The notes under the pieces were generated by a model. That model saw only the letters and a program-made list of their open reading frames with translations, was not told the origin of the DNA and did no database searches. DNA of 13,816 bases from contig JBNRMN010000024.1 of NCBI GenBank assembly GCA_050309605.1, positions 1 to 13,816 of the forward strand, given 5' to 3'. This stretch comes from Anaerohalosphaeraceae bacterium (lineage in GTDB: Bacteria; Planctomycetota; Phycisphaerae; Sedimentisphaerales; Anaerohalosphaeraceae). Shown in pieces: positions 1 to 7,762 of this stretch (position 1 is the first letter of the stretch; each line of letters starts with the position of its first letter). The translations under genes were made by a program, and so were the position numbers.

Positions 1-1
1 C

Positions 2-94
2 ATCGTCTGGAACGATCTGACGGAACACTTAAAGAAACTGTCCAGTGGAACGCAAATTGTCAAAGAGCTTGGGCGACTACTGATCGCCGCATAA
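2..94 (+). CDS. 3' end of an unidentified protein (partial, runs in from the window edge)
   Basis: Frame 2 is open from the edge: IVWNDLTEHLKKLSSGTQIVKELGRLLIAA* (TAA 92-94), amphipathic-helix-like. Frame 1 is also open to 123, so the frame is uncertain. Does not resemble a LolC/E C-terminus. Confidence 0.4.
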   Translation: MVWNDLTEHLKKLSSGTQIVKELGRLLIAA

Positions 95-236
95 ATCTAT
101 GTTTAAAAAATCAGTCAACTTGAGATAATTACTAGCTAATTAAGTGAGGCTACAATATGCTAAACAATATTTCACCTCCGGAGTGCAATTGTATCCACTG
201 CCAGCAGATATTGAGCAAGAATAAGGATATGACACA

Positions 237-923
237 ATGACGGCGATATTGAGAGCCAGTCGGATTCAGAAGTCTTATCGGATGGGCAAAAGTACGCTTG
301 AGGTGTTGCGAGGCGTGGATTTGTCTGTTCGATCGGGCGAATTCCTCGTGATCATCGGGGCCTCCGGCAGCGGCAAAAGCACCCTGTTGCACATTTTGGG
401 GGCACTGGACAGGCCTGATTCCGGCACGGTGGAGTTCGATGGAATCCGCTTAAATACGCTCAGCGGGCGCAGACTCGACCGATTTCGGAACAAGACGGTG
501 GGTTTTGTGTTTCAGTTTTACCATCTTCTGAATGAACTGAATGTATTGGAAAATGCGTTGGTTCCCGCGATGGCCTCGGCCGGAACGCTGCGGTGGCTGG
601 CCGTTCGTAACCGCACGGTGCAACGGGCCGAACACCTGCTCGAACAGGTGGGTCTGAAGGAGCGGCTGCGTCACAAACCCTATGAGCTGTCCGGCGGCGA
701 ACGCCAGCGAGCCGCCTTGGCGCGTGCACTGATCAATCAGCCAAAAGTCCTTTTGGCTGACGAACCGACAGGAAATCTTGACTCTCAGACGGGTTCTGGT
801 ATCTTAGAGGTTCTAAACGCCCTGCATCGAAACGGTCAAACGATTGTTATGGTCACGCATGATGAGCGGATCGCGGCGTGTGCCCAGCGGGTAATCCGGC
901 TGTGCGATGGAAAAGTAGGGTAA
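237..923 (+). CDS. lolD: ABC transporter ATP-binding protein, LolD/MacB-type (probable lipoprotein-releasing system ATPase)
   Basis: Walker A GASGSGKS, GFVFQFYHLL Q-loop region, signature LSGGERQR, Walker B LLADEPTGNLD, H-loop VTHD. 228 aa, SD-like AAGGA upstream. Confidence 0.85.
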   Translation: MTAILRASRIQKSYRMGKSTLEVLRGVDLSVRSGEFLVIIGASGSGKSTLLHILGALDRPDSGTVEFDGIRLNTLSGRRLDRFRNKTVGFVFQFYHLLNELNVLENALVPAMASAGTLRWLAVRNRTVQRAEHLLEQVGLKERLRHKPYELSGGERQRAALARALINQPKVLLADEPTGNLDSQTGSGILEVLNALHRNGQTIVMVTHDERIAACAQRVIRLCDGKVG

Positions 924-959
924 AAAAAAGACAATTAAACACGATTACTGGAGAACAGG

Positions 960-1817
960 ATGGCCTTAAAGATATGGCTGGATCAGGGTCTGGTGGACGA
1001 AAAAGACGCCGTCGTGTCGGTGTTTGATCGCAGTTTGCTGTACGGTGACGGCGTGTTCGAAGGGATTCGCGTTTACAGCGGCAAAGTCTTCGAATTGGAG
1101 GCCCATCTGCGGCGTCTGTATGAATCGGCCGCCGTCATTCGGCTGCCCATACCGATGCCCCTTGAGGAGATGACCGAGGCGGTTGAGAAGACTGTCAAAG
1201 CCAATGCGGTCAAAGACGGCTATATCCGTCTGATTGTGACCCGCGGCGTCGGCGATCTGGGGCTGAATCCCTTTGTGTGCAAAGGCGGAAAGGTCATTAT
1301 CATTGCCGACAATATCCAGCTTTACCCCGAAGCATTTTACGAGACCGGAATGAAGGTGGTCAGCGCCTCGACGATTCGCAACCATCCGCTGGCGCTGCCG
1401 CCGCAGATAAAAAGTCTCAATTACCTGAATAACATCCTGGCCAAAATTGAGTCCGTCGATGCCGGCGTCGGCGAGGCGATTATGTATAATCATCTGGGGT
1501 ATGTGGCCGAGGCCACCGGCGATAATGTGTTCATCGTCAAAGACGGGACGGTTTATACGCCGCCGATACAGGCCGGGTCGCTGGACGGCATCACCCGCCG
1601 TGTCGTGATCCGGCTGGCCGAACAGGACGGCGTCTGTGTCATTGAAAAAAATCTGACGCGGTTTGACCTGTACTCGGCTGATGAGGTGTTTTTGACCGGT
1701 ACGGCAGCCGAGGTAATCGGCGTGGTGGAAATGGACGGACGTTCCATCGGCAGCGGAAAACCCGGCCCGATAACCAAACGGCTGCGGAATCTGTTCTTTG
1801 AGGCGGCCCATTCCTGA
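960..1817 (+). CDS. ilvE: Branched-chain amino acid aminotransferase (PLP fold type IV)
   Basis: YGDGVFEGIR, KSLNYLNN (PLP lysine), EATGDNVF, LDGITR, FLTGTAAEV motifs. GGAG SD upstream. Confidence 0.92.
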   Translation: MALKIWLDQGLVDEKDAVVSVFDRSLLYGDGVFEGIRVYSGKVFELEAHLRRLYESAAVIRLPIPMPLEEMTEAVEKTVKANAVKDGYIRLIVTRGVGDLGLNPFVCKGGKVIIIADNIQLYPEAFYETGMKVVSASTIRNHPLALPPQIKSLNYLNNILAKIESVDAGVGEAIMYNHLGYVAEATGDNVFIVKDGTVYTPPIQAGSLDGITRRVVIRLAEQDGVCVIEKNLTRFDLYSADEVFLTGTAAEVIGVVEMDGRSIGSGKPGPITKRLRNLFFEAAHS

Positions 1818-1831
1818 ATCGAGCCAGCGTG

Positions 1832-2821
1832 ATGACCACCGACCCCCATCCTGTGGATTTGCCGACCTTGTTCAGCCCGATTTCCGACGATTTATGTCGT
1901 GTGCGTGAGCGGATCGGCGATGTGCTGACCGGTGCGGTTTGGCCCGTTGGCGATTATCTGGCGCAGCTTGATTTAAGCGGGGGAAAAATGCTGCGTCCCG
2001 CCCTAACGCTGTTGAGCGGACAGGCCGTCGGCCCGCTGAAGGCGGATCACATCGAACTGGCTGCGATCGTCGAGATGATCCACTTGGCTTCTTTGCTGCA
2101 TGATGACGTCATTGATCAAGCCCGCACGCGCCGGGGGCAGACCAGCGCCAATGTGCTGTGGGGCAATACCCAGGCGGTGCTGCTGGGCGATTACGTCTTG
2201 AGCAGGGCCTTCGCAATGGCGGCGGCACTGAATCTGCCGAGTGCGGCTGAGGTCATGTGTCAGACCGCCGAGGCCATCTGCACCGGTGAAATCCGGCAAA
2301 ATCTCCGCAAAGGCGATCGGGACCTCAGCGAGTCCGAATACCTGACGATTATCGAGGGCAAAACCGCATCGCTGTTCGGTGTCTGCTGCTATCTGGGCGC
2401 GTTGGCCGGATGTGCCGAGCAGTCGGTTTGTCAAGCCGCGCGGCAATACGGATTGGGGTTGGGGATGGCCTTTCAGATCACTGATGACCTGCTTGATATT
2501 CTTGGCAGCTCGGCCCAGGAAGGCAAAACCCTCGGCACGGATTTGTTTCATGAAAAACTGACCCTGCCGGTGATTTATTGGCTCCAACAGGGCGACCAGC
2601 GGCAGCGGAAAGCCGAATTTTCGCGATTTGCCGAACGGTCGGATTCGGCTGCACTGGGCCGTGCCATTCGCCAAAGCGACGCCGCAGCCTATACCCTGAG
2701 CCGCGCAGAAGCCTATGTCCGAACCGCCAAAGACAGTCTCAATCCGTTGCCCGACTCCGCCTCAAAAGACGCTCTGCTGGGTCTTCTATCTTATGTGCTG
2801 GGCCGTGGAGAATCCGATTGA
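1832..2821 (+). CDS. Polyprenyl diphosphate synthase (IspB/HepT-like, long-chain trans-prenyltransferase)
   Basis: GGKMLRP, FARM LLHDDVID followed by RRG, KTASLF, SARM FQITDDLLD, GKTLGTDL. Start is ATG 1832 or GTG 1829. Confidence 0.9.
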   Translation: MTTDPHPVDLPTLFSPISDDLCRVRERIGDVLTGAVWPVGDYLAQLDLSGGKMLRPALTLLSGQAVGPLKADHIELAAIVEMIHLASLLHDDVIDQARTRRGQTSANVLWGNTQAVLLGDYVLSRAFAMAAALNLPSAAEVMCQTAEAICTGEIRQNLRKGDRDLSESEYLTIIEGKTASLFGVCCYLGALAGCAEQSVCQAARQYGLGLGMAFQITDDLLDILGSSAQEGKTLGTDLFHEKLTLPVIYWLQQGDQRQRKAEFSRFAERSDSAALGRAIRQSDAAAYTLSRAEAYVRTAKDSLNPLPDSASKDALLGLLSYVLGRGESD

Positions 2822-3141
2822 ATTCTTAATTTGACGGTCCGAAACAATTGGAACCTGTTGAATTGCTGCGGCAGACAACGGCGGCGGCGGCGGATAACCG
2901 TATCGAGCCGATTCCCTGTGGTCATCGCAAATGGCATACCAATCAGGATCGCCCTATCCTTGAAATTGCACGGCAAGAAGGTTTGGTCGTCACATCATGA
3001 ATTGACAGAGACGACCGGTCATTATTTGGTTTTACACAACTTTTACTTTCCACAATCGCGTTTGGGGGCTACAGTATATCAAGGGGCAGTCAGGTGCTGT
3101 CCGCCGCGAAACGGTTCATTTGAATTTTGGGAGACCAAGCT

Positions 3142-4554
3142 ATGAAAACAAGTCGTAATGTATCGGCATTAACGGGAGCATTGGTGTTGGCCGCCGGCGC
3201 TGTGGCCGAAACGCCCAAGGATATGGCTGTTACCATTTACAATGATAATTTCGGGGTGGTCAAAGAGCAGCGGGAGATGTCCTTTGAACGGGGGCTGAAC
3301 CGAATGCAGTTTACCGGTGTGGCCGAGCGGATTGATCCGACCAGCGTGAACTTTTTGTGTCTGACGGATCCGGACGCGGTGTCCATTTTGGAGCAGAACT
3401 ATGAGTATGACCTGGTTAATACCGACAGTCTGCTGAAGCGCTATATCGATCAGCCGGTCAGTCTGCTGGTCAAAGGCAGCGGCTCCAGCGGGGCCAGCCT
3501 GCTCAAGGGTGTACTGACCGCGGCCATCGGCGGCGATCTGATTGTGCAGGATGAATCGTCCAGCCAGTTGCATATTGTCAGTCGGGCCTCTGTCGAACGA
3601 ATTGAACTGGATAAGAAGCCCGAAGACCTGCTGACGCGGCCGACGCTCGTTTGGCTGGCGCATGCCGAACAATCCGGCAAGCATCTGTGTCAGGTGACTT
3701 ACACCACCGAGGCCATCGGCTGGAAGGCGGACTATTCGGCGGTCTTGAATGACAAAGAAGACACCCTGGATTTTTCCGGCTGGGTCACCATCAACAACCA
3801 GAGCGGGGCGGCCTATCCCGATGCGACTATCAAGCTGATTGCCGGTGATGTGCGCCGGGTTCAGCCGCCGGTACAGCCAAGACCGGAGTCCATTATGGTA
3901 AGATCGGCTATGGCGGCCGATGCGGCGGGGTTTGAGGAAAAGCCGTTTATGGAGTATCATCTTTATACGCTCGGCCGAAAATCCACGCTTCAAAACCGGC
4001 AGATCAAGCAGATTGAGCTGATCGAAACCGCCCGCGGCGTTCCGGTGGAAAAACAGCTTGTCTATACGACCTCCATCAATCAGTGGCAGGTGCGGCAAAG
4101 CGACAAAGTCCAGGTTAAAATCGAATTCGAAAACGAAGAGCAGCATGGCCTGGGCATTGCACTGCCCAAGGGGCGGGTGCGGGTGTTCAAGGCCGATCCG
4201 GCAGACGGCACGCTTGAGTTTGTCGGTGAAGACCAGATCGATCATACCGCCCGACGTGAAAGACTGTCGCTGTATATCGGCGACGCCTTCGACGTCGTGC
4301 CTGAACAAAAGATTACCGACCAGCGGCGCGGCGACCGATTTGTCACCTTCACCCGAAGCGTCGAAATCCGCAACCGCAAAGAGGAGCCGGTGTCCGTGTT
4401 CGTGGATGAAATCATTCCCCGCTACGTCAACTGGCGGATTGATAAAAGCTCACTGCCGTATGCAAAGAAAGACGCCTTTACCTGTCGTTTCAAGGTGGAT
4501 GTCAACGCCGACAGCACGACCACGCTGACCTTTACGATGACACAGACGTGGTGA
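3142..4554 (+). CDS. Secreted DUF4139 domain-containing protein
   Basis: ATG 3142 after GGAG SD. N-terminal signal peptide (MKTSRNVSALTGALVLAAGAVA). Family-typical VTIYN...VKEQR, IDPTSV, EQNYEYDL, W.ADY, YHLYTL, LPKGRVRVF, GED.IDHT motifs. Confidence 0.8.
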   Translation: MKTSRNVSALTGALVLAAGAVAETPKDMAVTIYNDNFGVVKEQREMSFERGLNRMQFTGVAERIDPTSVNFLCLTDPDAVSILEQNYEYDLVNTDSLLKRYIDQPVSLLVKGSGSSGASLLKGVLTAAIGGDLIVQDESSSQLHIVSRASVERIELDKKPEDLLTRPTLVWLAHAEQSGKHLCQVTYTTEAIGWKADYSAVLNDKEDTLDFSGWVTINNQSGAAYPDATIKLIAGDVRRVQPPVQPRPESIMVRSAMAADAAGFEEKPFMEYHLYTLGRKSTLQNRQIKQIELIETARGVPVEKQLVYTTSINQWQVRQSDKVQVKIEFENEEQHGLGIALPKGRVRVFKADPADGTLEFVGEDQIDHTARRERLSLYIGDAFDVVPEQKITDQRRGDRFVTFTRSVEIRNRKEEPVSVFVDEIIPRYVNWRIDKSSLPYAKKDAFTCRFKVDVNADSTTTLTFTMTQTW

Positions 4555-4604
4555 GTTAAAAATTAAGAATTGTGAATTAAGAATTGCGGCTGCTCAGGAG
4601 CCGT
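4554..4604 (+). repeat. Heptamer tandem repeat (AATTRNG-like) plus small hairpin directly after the stop codon
   Basis: agttaaa-aattaag-aattgtg-aattaag-aattgcg, then GCGGCT-N7-AGCCGT (4586-4604). Confidence 0.6.
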
Positions 4605-4629
4605 AAAATAATAATTTGACTGTTTTTTC

Positions 4630-4709
4630 ACCACGAAGGGCACGAAGAAACACGATGATTTTTGTATCGTAAAAAGGACTTCCTTCGTGATCTGCGTGTC
4701 CTTTGTGGT
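4630..4709. repeat. Imperfect inverted repeat built from ~9-bp CACGAAG units; possible bidirectional terminator between convergent genes
   Basis: Left arm ACCACGAAGGGCACGAAGAAACACGATG (4630-4657). Right arm reverse complement ACCACAAAGGACACGCAGATCACGAAG (4683-4709). 25-bp loop. Confidence 0.7.
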
Positions 4710-4751
4710 TTAATTATTCGTAAATCGGTGATTTTGAATTTGTGTCATCTC

Positions 4752-5714
4752 TCACCATTTTATGCGGATGCCTTTTTCGCGGGCCTCGGCGGCCCATTTT
4801 TTGATTTGGTCCAGCGCCAACTCCAGTTCTTTGCTGCTGTCCAGCAGGTTCTCGTACAGGCGCCCGTCGTTGAGGAACCGGGCGGCTGAGCCGGAGCCGG
4901 AATGGATTTTCGACAGGGTCAATCGAAATTCCCTGAGTGTATTGTCCAGACTGACGGCGACCGCTTCGATCTGGGCGGCGCCGACTTCTGAAAGACCGCG
5001 GATCGAGTCCAGTGTTTCGCTGAGTTCGGCCGCGGCGTCCTGAAGCCGTTCGGTTCCCGTATCGGCAAACAGCTCAAGCGATTTAAGGGTATCGACGGCC
5101 TGAGCAGTGGCGGCGGTGACATTTTCAAGGGATTTTTTAATATTGGCTCGATTCTCGGTATCGCCGATGATGGCGTTGGTGTTTTGCGACAGGGTGGTGA
5201 TCGAATCGACGAGGTTTTCGAGCTTCTTCTGAACTTCGGGCGGGAAAAACTCACTGGCGATGCCGACGCTGCCTTTTAGTTGAGAGCCGGGTTCCAGATG
5301 GCCGGCCACCTGCACGTCGGGATCCGTCTTCAGCTCGATGTAACTGCTGCCAAGTCCCCGGCGGATAATCATCGCCTCGGCGTGATCGGGGATATCCCCC
5401 AAAAATTTATTCTCGATCGCAATCTCGACGCGTACCTTGGGAATGGATCGGCCCTGTTGATCGATCTCCAGTTTCGGCGGTTTGACCGCGACGACCCGGC
5501 CGATTTGATAGCCGCAATACTGAACGGGCGTATCCTTTTGGATGCCCGGCGCTTCGGAAAAATCGACCCGGACAATAAACGAGCGAAACTGCGTGGCATA
5601 CAACGGCAGATTGCGAAACATGACCAGCATCCATATAAAGGCGGCAAACGCCAGCAGGACAAAGGCGCCGACCACCATATTGCGACGACGCTGCTGGGTT
5701 TGGTAATCTGTCAT
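4752..5714 (-). CDS. MlaD/MCE family protein (N-terminal TM anchor, MCE domain, helical C-terminus)
   Basis: RRNMVVGAFVLLAF TM segment; F.EAPGIQKDTPVQYCGYQIGRV MCE motif; GLGSSYIEL; C-terminal GSGSAARFLNDGRLYENL typical of MCE proteins. ATGA overlap with the upstream gene. Confidence 0.85.
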   Translation of the reverse strand: MTDYQTQQRRRNMVVGAFVLLAFAAFIWMLVMFRNLPLYATQFRSFIVRVDFSEAPGIQKDTPVQYCGYQIGRVVAVKPPKLEIDQQGRSIPKVRVEIAIENKFLGDIPDHAEAMIIRRGLGSSYIELKTDPDVQVAGHLEPGSQLKGSVGIASEFFPPEVQKKLENLVDSITTLSQNTNAIIGDTENRANIKKSLENVTAATAQAVDTLKSLELFADTGTERLQDAAAELSETLDSIRGLSEVGAAQIEAVAVSLDNTLREFRLTLSKIHSGSGSAARFLNDGRLYENLLDSSKELELALDQIKKWAAEAREKGIRIKW

Positions 5715-5980
5715 AGGTTCTTTCCTTTCAAAGGTTTATGCTGTTTCAAAAACAGTTCGCGTATGGCTCGCAGAGTGTATCCGCTGGCATTGAGCTGTTT
5801 GATCAGACGCAGCCGTTCAATCGCCTTGCGGTCAAAAAGCCGCCGTCCGCTCGGCGTGGTTTCGGTGGCCTCCAAAAGGCCCAGCATCAGGTAATACTGG
5901 ACACTCTGGCGCGACAACCCTGCCTGACGGGCTGCTTTGCCGATGGGCAGCAGAGCGGGTTGTTTCTCAGGTCGGCTCAA
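5711..5980 (-). CDS. Small MerR-family HTH DNA-binding protein (no effector domain)
   Basis: IGKAARQAGLSRQSVQYY..LGLL....TPSGRRLF......LRLIKQL..SGYTL.AIRE is a MerR winged HTH. Start uncertain: TTG 5980 gives a TTGA overlap with the rnpA stop; the ORF extends to GTG 6028. Confidence 0.8.
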   Translation of the reverse strand: MSRPEKQPALLPIGKAARQAGLSRQSVQYYLMLGLLEATETTPSGRRLFDRKAIERLRLIKQLNASGYTLRAIRELFLKQHKPLKGKNL

Positions 5981-6396
5981 TGGGTTTTGGGTTCTGTTTT
6001 CTGTTTTTGGCAACGAATCTGAAAACACGGTTTTTTTGACAGCACTTCTACCAGTTTTAAAAAATGCGATTCAAACGTGTGATATTTCATCACAGATGTT
6101 AACCAATTATTATTTATCGGCTTGCGGGCGGTCAAAATTAAAAGATAGTCGCGACCAGCGGGCAAATCGTGCTGATTCAGGCGAAACGCTTCGCGAGCCA
6201 GGCGTTTGAGGCGGTTGCGCACGACCGCCGTGCCGCATTTTCGGCTGACCGAAATCCCGAATCGCGGAAAATCAAGCCCGTTTTCGGCGGCGTAAAGTCG
6301 CATTATCTCATTACTCACAAAGCACTTATGAGATAAAATCGACTTGAAATCCCGCTCCAGCACGATTCGTTGTTTTTTTTTGAAATAAAAACGCAT
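5977..6396 (-). CDS. rnpA: Ribonuclease P protein component
   Basis: F.KKQRI....DF, PRFGISVSRKCGTAVVRNRLKRLAREAFR (RNR motif), LPAGRDY. ATG at 6396 preceded by GAGAAAGG SD-like sequence. The 48 upstream codons of the track ORF are probably not translated. Confidence 0.92.
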   Translation of the reverse strand: MRFYFKKKQRIVLERDFKSILSHKCFVSNEIMRLYAAENGLDFPRFGISVSRKCGTAVVRNRLKRLAREAFRLNQHDLPAGRDYLLILTARKPINNNWLTSVMKYHTFESHFLKLVEVLSKKPCFQIRCQKQKTEPKTH

Positions 6397-6435
6397 TTGC
6401 AAACAGAACCTTTCTCGGTCGGGTGGTTTGTCCTG

Positions 6436-6463
6436 ATTGTATCGTCCTGAACGCTCAAAGCAA
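6436..6463 (-). promoter_or_regulatory. Putative sigma70 promoter for the rnpA operon
   Basis: Minus strand TTGCTT (6463-6458) - 16 bp - TACAAT (6441-6436), about 40 bp upstream of the rnpA ATG. Confidence 0.55.
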
Positions 6464-6637
6464 ATTATTCCTCCGTCGGCCATAGCATAGGGCAGTTTTT
6501 GAGTCGAAATTGAACGAAAATGCCCTCGTATGGGTGACAATTTATTTATTGAACTATTTTTTCACCAATAAAGGGCGGTTCAGCGGCGTCTTAACTAATG
6601 ATATGGAATGAATTTGCAGATTTTTTATGGAAATGGG

Positions 6638-6666
6638 TTGATTTCCTTATTAAAAATGGGTAAAAT
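6638..6666 (+). promoter_or_regulatory. Putative sigma70 promoter driving the candidate sRNA
   Basis: TTGATT (6638-6643) - 17 bp - TAAAAT (6661-6666), with AT-rich upstream sequence. Confidence 0.6.
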
Positions 6667-6671
6667 TAATG

Positions 6672-6830
6672 AGAACAAACGCCGATATAGAACGTAACAA
6701 GAAGTGAAGCGAATAAGAGCGTAACGAAAAGCGAACTTTGAAATAAGAACATTACCCTCCTCCTCCTTCTAATGCCAGGTTCTATGCCTGGGAATGAGCA
6801 GCGGTTTCCTCCTTGCCGCTGCTTTTTTTT
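6672..6830 (+). ncRNA. Candidate small regulatory RNA with CCUCCU (anti-SD) motifs
   Basis: Bounded by a consensus-like promoter and a strong intrinsic terminator, with no credible ORF. A-rich 5' half, CCCTCCTCCTCCTT (6755-6768), hairpin 6775-6791, terminator loop TTCCTCCTT. No family recognised. Confidence 0.55.
6797..6830 (+). terminator. Rho-independent terminator
   Basis: AGCAGCGG-t-ttcctcctt-g-CCGCTGCT stem followed by a T run to 6830. Confidence 0.8.
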
Positions 6831-6980
6831 ATGCGCTTTTTTATTCAGGTTGTATTTTAACCATAATTCTCACAAATTAACCCCTTAGGGATGTGTTTGT
6901 CTCGGCGGGGTCATCCTTGCCGTGTTTACGGGCTAAAAAACCGTGTAATTCCAAATTTTCCATTTTTTTGAAATTTTTTC

Positions 6981-7009
6981 TTGCAATTGATGCGAAAGAT
7001 GGTTAAATT
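6981..7009 (+). promoter_or_regulatory. Putative sigma70 promoter of the sulfate assimilation operon
   Basis: TTGCAA (6981-6986) - 17 bp - TAAATT (7004-7009), 35 bp upstream of the rrf2 ATG. T-tracts upstream resemble an UP element. Confidence 0.6.
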
Positions 7010-7011
7010 TA

Positions 7012-7044
7012 TATCATAATTCCGATGATAACAATGAGGTTTTT
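7012..7044 (+). promoter_or_regulatory. Candidate Rrf2/CymR-type operator overlapping the transcription start and SD
   Basis: TATCAT-N7-ATGATA inverted repeat (7012-7030) containing ATAATTCCGAT, which resembles the Bacillus CymR core ATWATTCCTAT (recalled, not searched). Confidence 0.4.
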
Positions 7045-7485
7045 ATGGTTGTCGATTTGTCGAAGAAATCAAGATATGCTATCATGGCCTTGTTTGAGTT
7101 GGTTCTGGCCGGCTCGCAAAGACCGATCACGGCGCGTAAGCTGGCCGCTCGGCACAATTTACCTGTGCGTTTTCTTGAGATCATTCTCAATGAACTCAAG
7201 CAGGGCGGCTTTGTTTCGTCTATTCGCGGCAAGGCAGGCGGTTATGTGCTGGCGCGTCCGGCGAATGAAATTACGCTTGCCCAGGTTGTGTCGTATCTTG
7301 AGCATCGCTCGGCCTCGCTTTCTGAACCGTCAAGTGCCGAAGCGGACGGCCAGCGCGTCCTTGCCTTGCTCATACAAGAGGCCAATACGGCGGTCATACG
7401 CATTTTTGAGGCGTGTACACTCGACGAATTGGTCCGGCGGGAAGTTGAGAGCTGTTCTTCAGGCGAGCCGAATTACATTATATAA
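7045..7485 (+). CDS. Rrf2 family transcriptional regulator, CymR-like
   Basis: LSKKSRYAIMAL, P.RFLEIIL.ELK..GFV.SIRG..GGY.LARP..EITL Rrf2 HTH. Lacks the IscR/NsrR three-Cys cluster ligands. Ends NYII. GAGG SD. Confidence 0.9.
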   Translation: MVVDLSKKSRYAIMALFELVLAGSQRPITARKLAARHNLPVRFLEIILNELKQGGFVSSIRGKAGGYVLARPANEITLAQVVSYLEHRSASLSEPSSAEADGQRVLALLIQEANTAVIRIFEACTLDELVRREVESCSSGEPNYII

Positions 7486-7530
7486 TTTTTTTCAGCATAT
7501 ACACTACTAAAACAATAGGAATACAAGGAA

Positions 7531-7755
7531 ATGAGAGAGTCGCATATCAGAAGCATTGCCAAGGCCGTCAGCTATCGGGCGTTGGGGTCTGCGGTGACAT
7601 TTCTGGTGGCGTTGGCCGTCACACAGGAAATCAATACGGCGGTGGGAATTGGTGTACTGGATACCCTGATGAAGATCGGGGCGTTTTATGTTCACGAGCG
7701 GCTGTGGAATCGCCTGCATTTCGGAAAGACGCCGCCCCCGGATTATCAGATTTGA
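7531..7755 (+). CDS. DUF2061 small membrane protein
   Basis: ESHIRSIAKAVSYR...two hydrophobic segments...K...FYVHERLW..L.FG matches the DUF2061 pattern, often found in cys operons. AAGGA SD. Confidence 0.85.
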   Translation: MRESHIRSIAKAVSYRALGSAVTFLVALAVTQEINTAVGIGVLDTLMKIGAFYVHERLWNRLHFGKTPPPDYQI

Positions 7756-7762
7756 GGTGCGT

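Noticed and set aside
2831..3145. 104-aa ORF between the polyprenyl synthetase and DUF4139
   Set aside because: TTG start without SD, atypical composition and no recognisable domain; more likely promoter-containing intergenic DNA.
966..4308. Long antisense ORFs (966-1811, 2003-2674, 3169-4308), and similarly 7631-8473, 8519-9169, 11379-12299
   Set aside because: Antisense shadows of well-supported genes, expected from GC-rich codon usage; no motifs.
6397..6540. 48-aa N-terminal extension of RnpA in the ORF track
   Set aside because: Overlaps the predicted promoter; family similarity and an SD support the ATG at 6396.
6669..6707. 12-aa ORF MRTNADIERNKK as a leader peptide for cys operon attenuation
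   Set aside because: The ATG lies only 2 nt after the -10 box, probably upstream of the start site. It has no Cys or internal Met codons, and the operon has its own downstream promoter.
6794..6880. 28-aa hydrophobic ORF MSSGFLLAAAFFYALFYSGCILTIILTN (type I toxin-like)
   Set aside because: It runs through the terminator, its hydrophobicity comes from T-tracts, and it has no good SD.
6672..7044. SAM riboswitch or T-box upstream of the sulfur operon
   Set aside because: No SAM-I core (AUC..GAG..GA.GG) or T-box (AAnnnGGGUGGnACC) motif is visible, and no antiterminator is evident.
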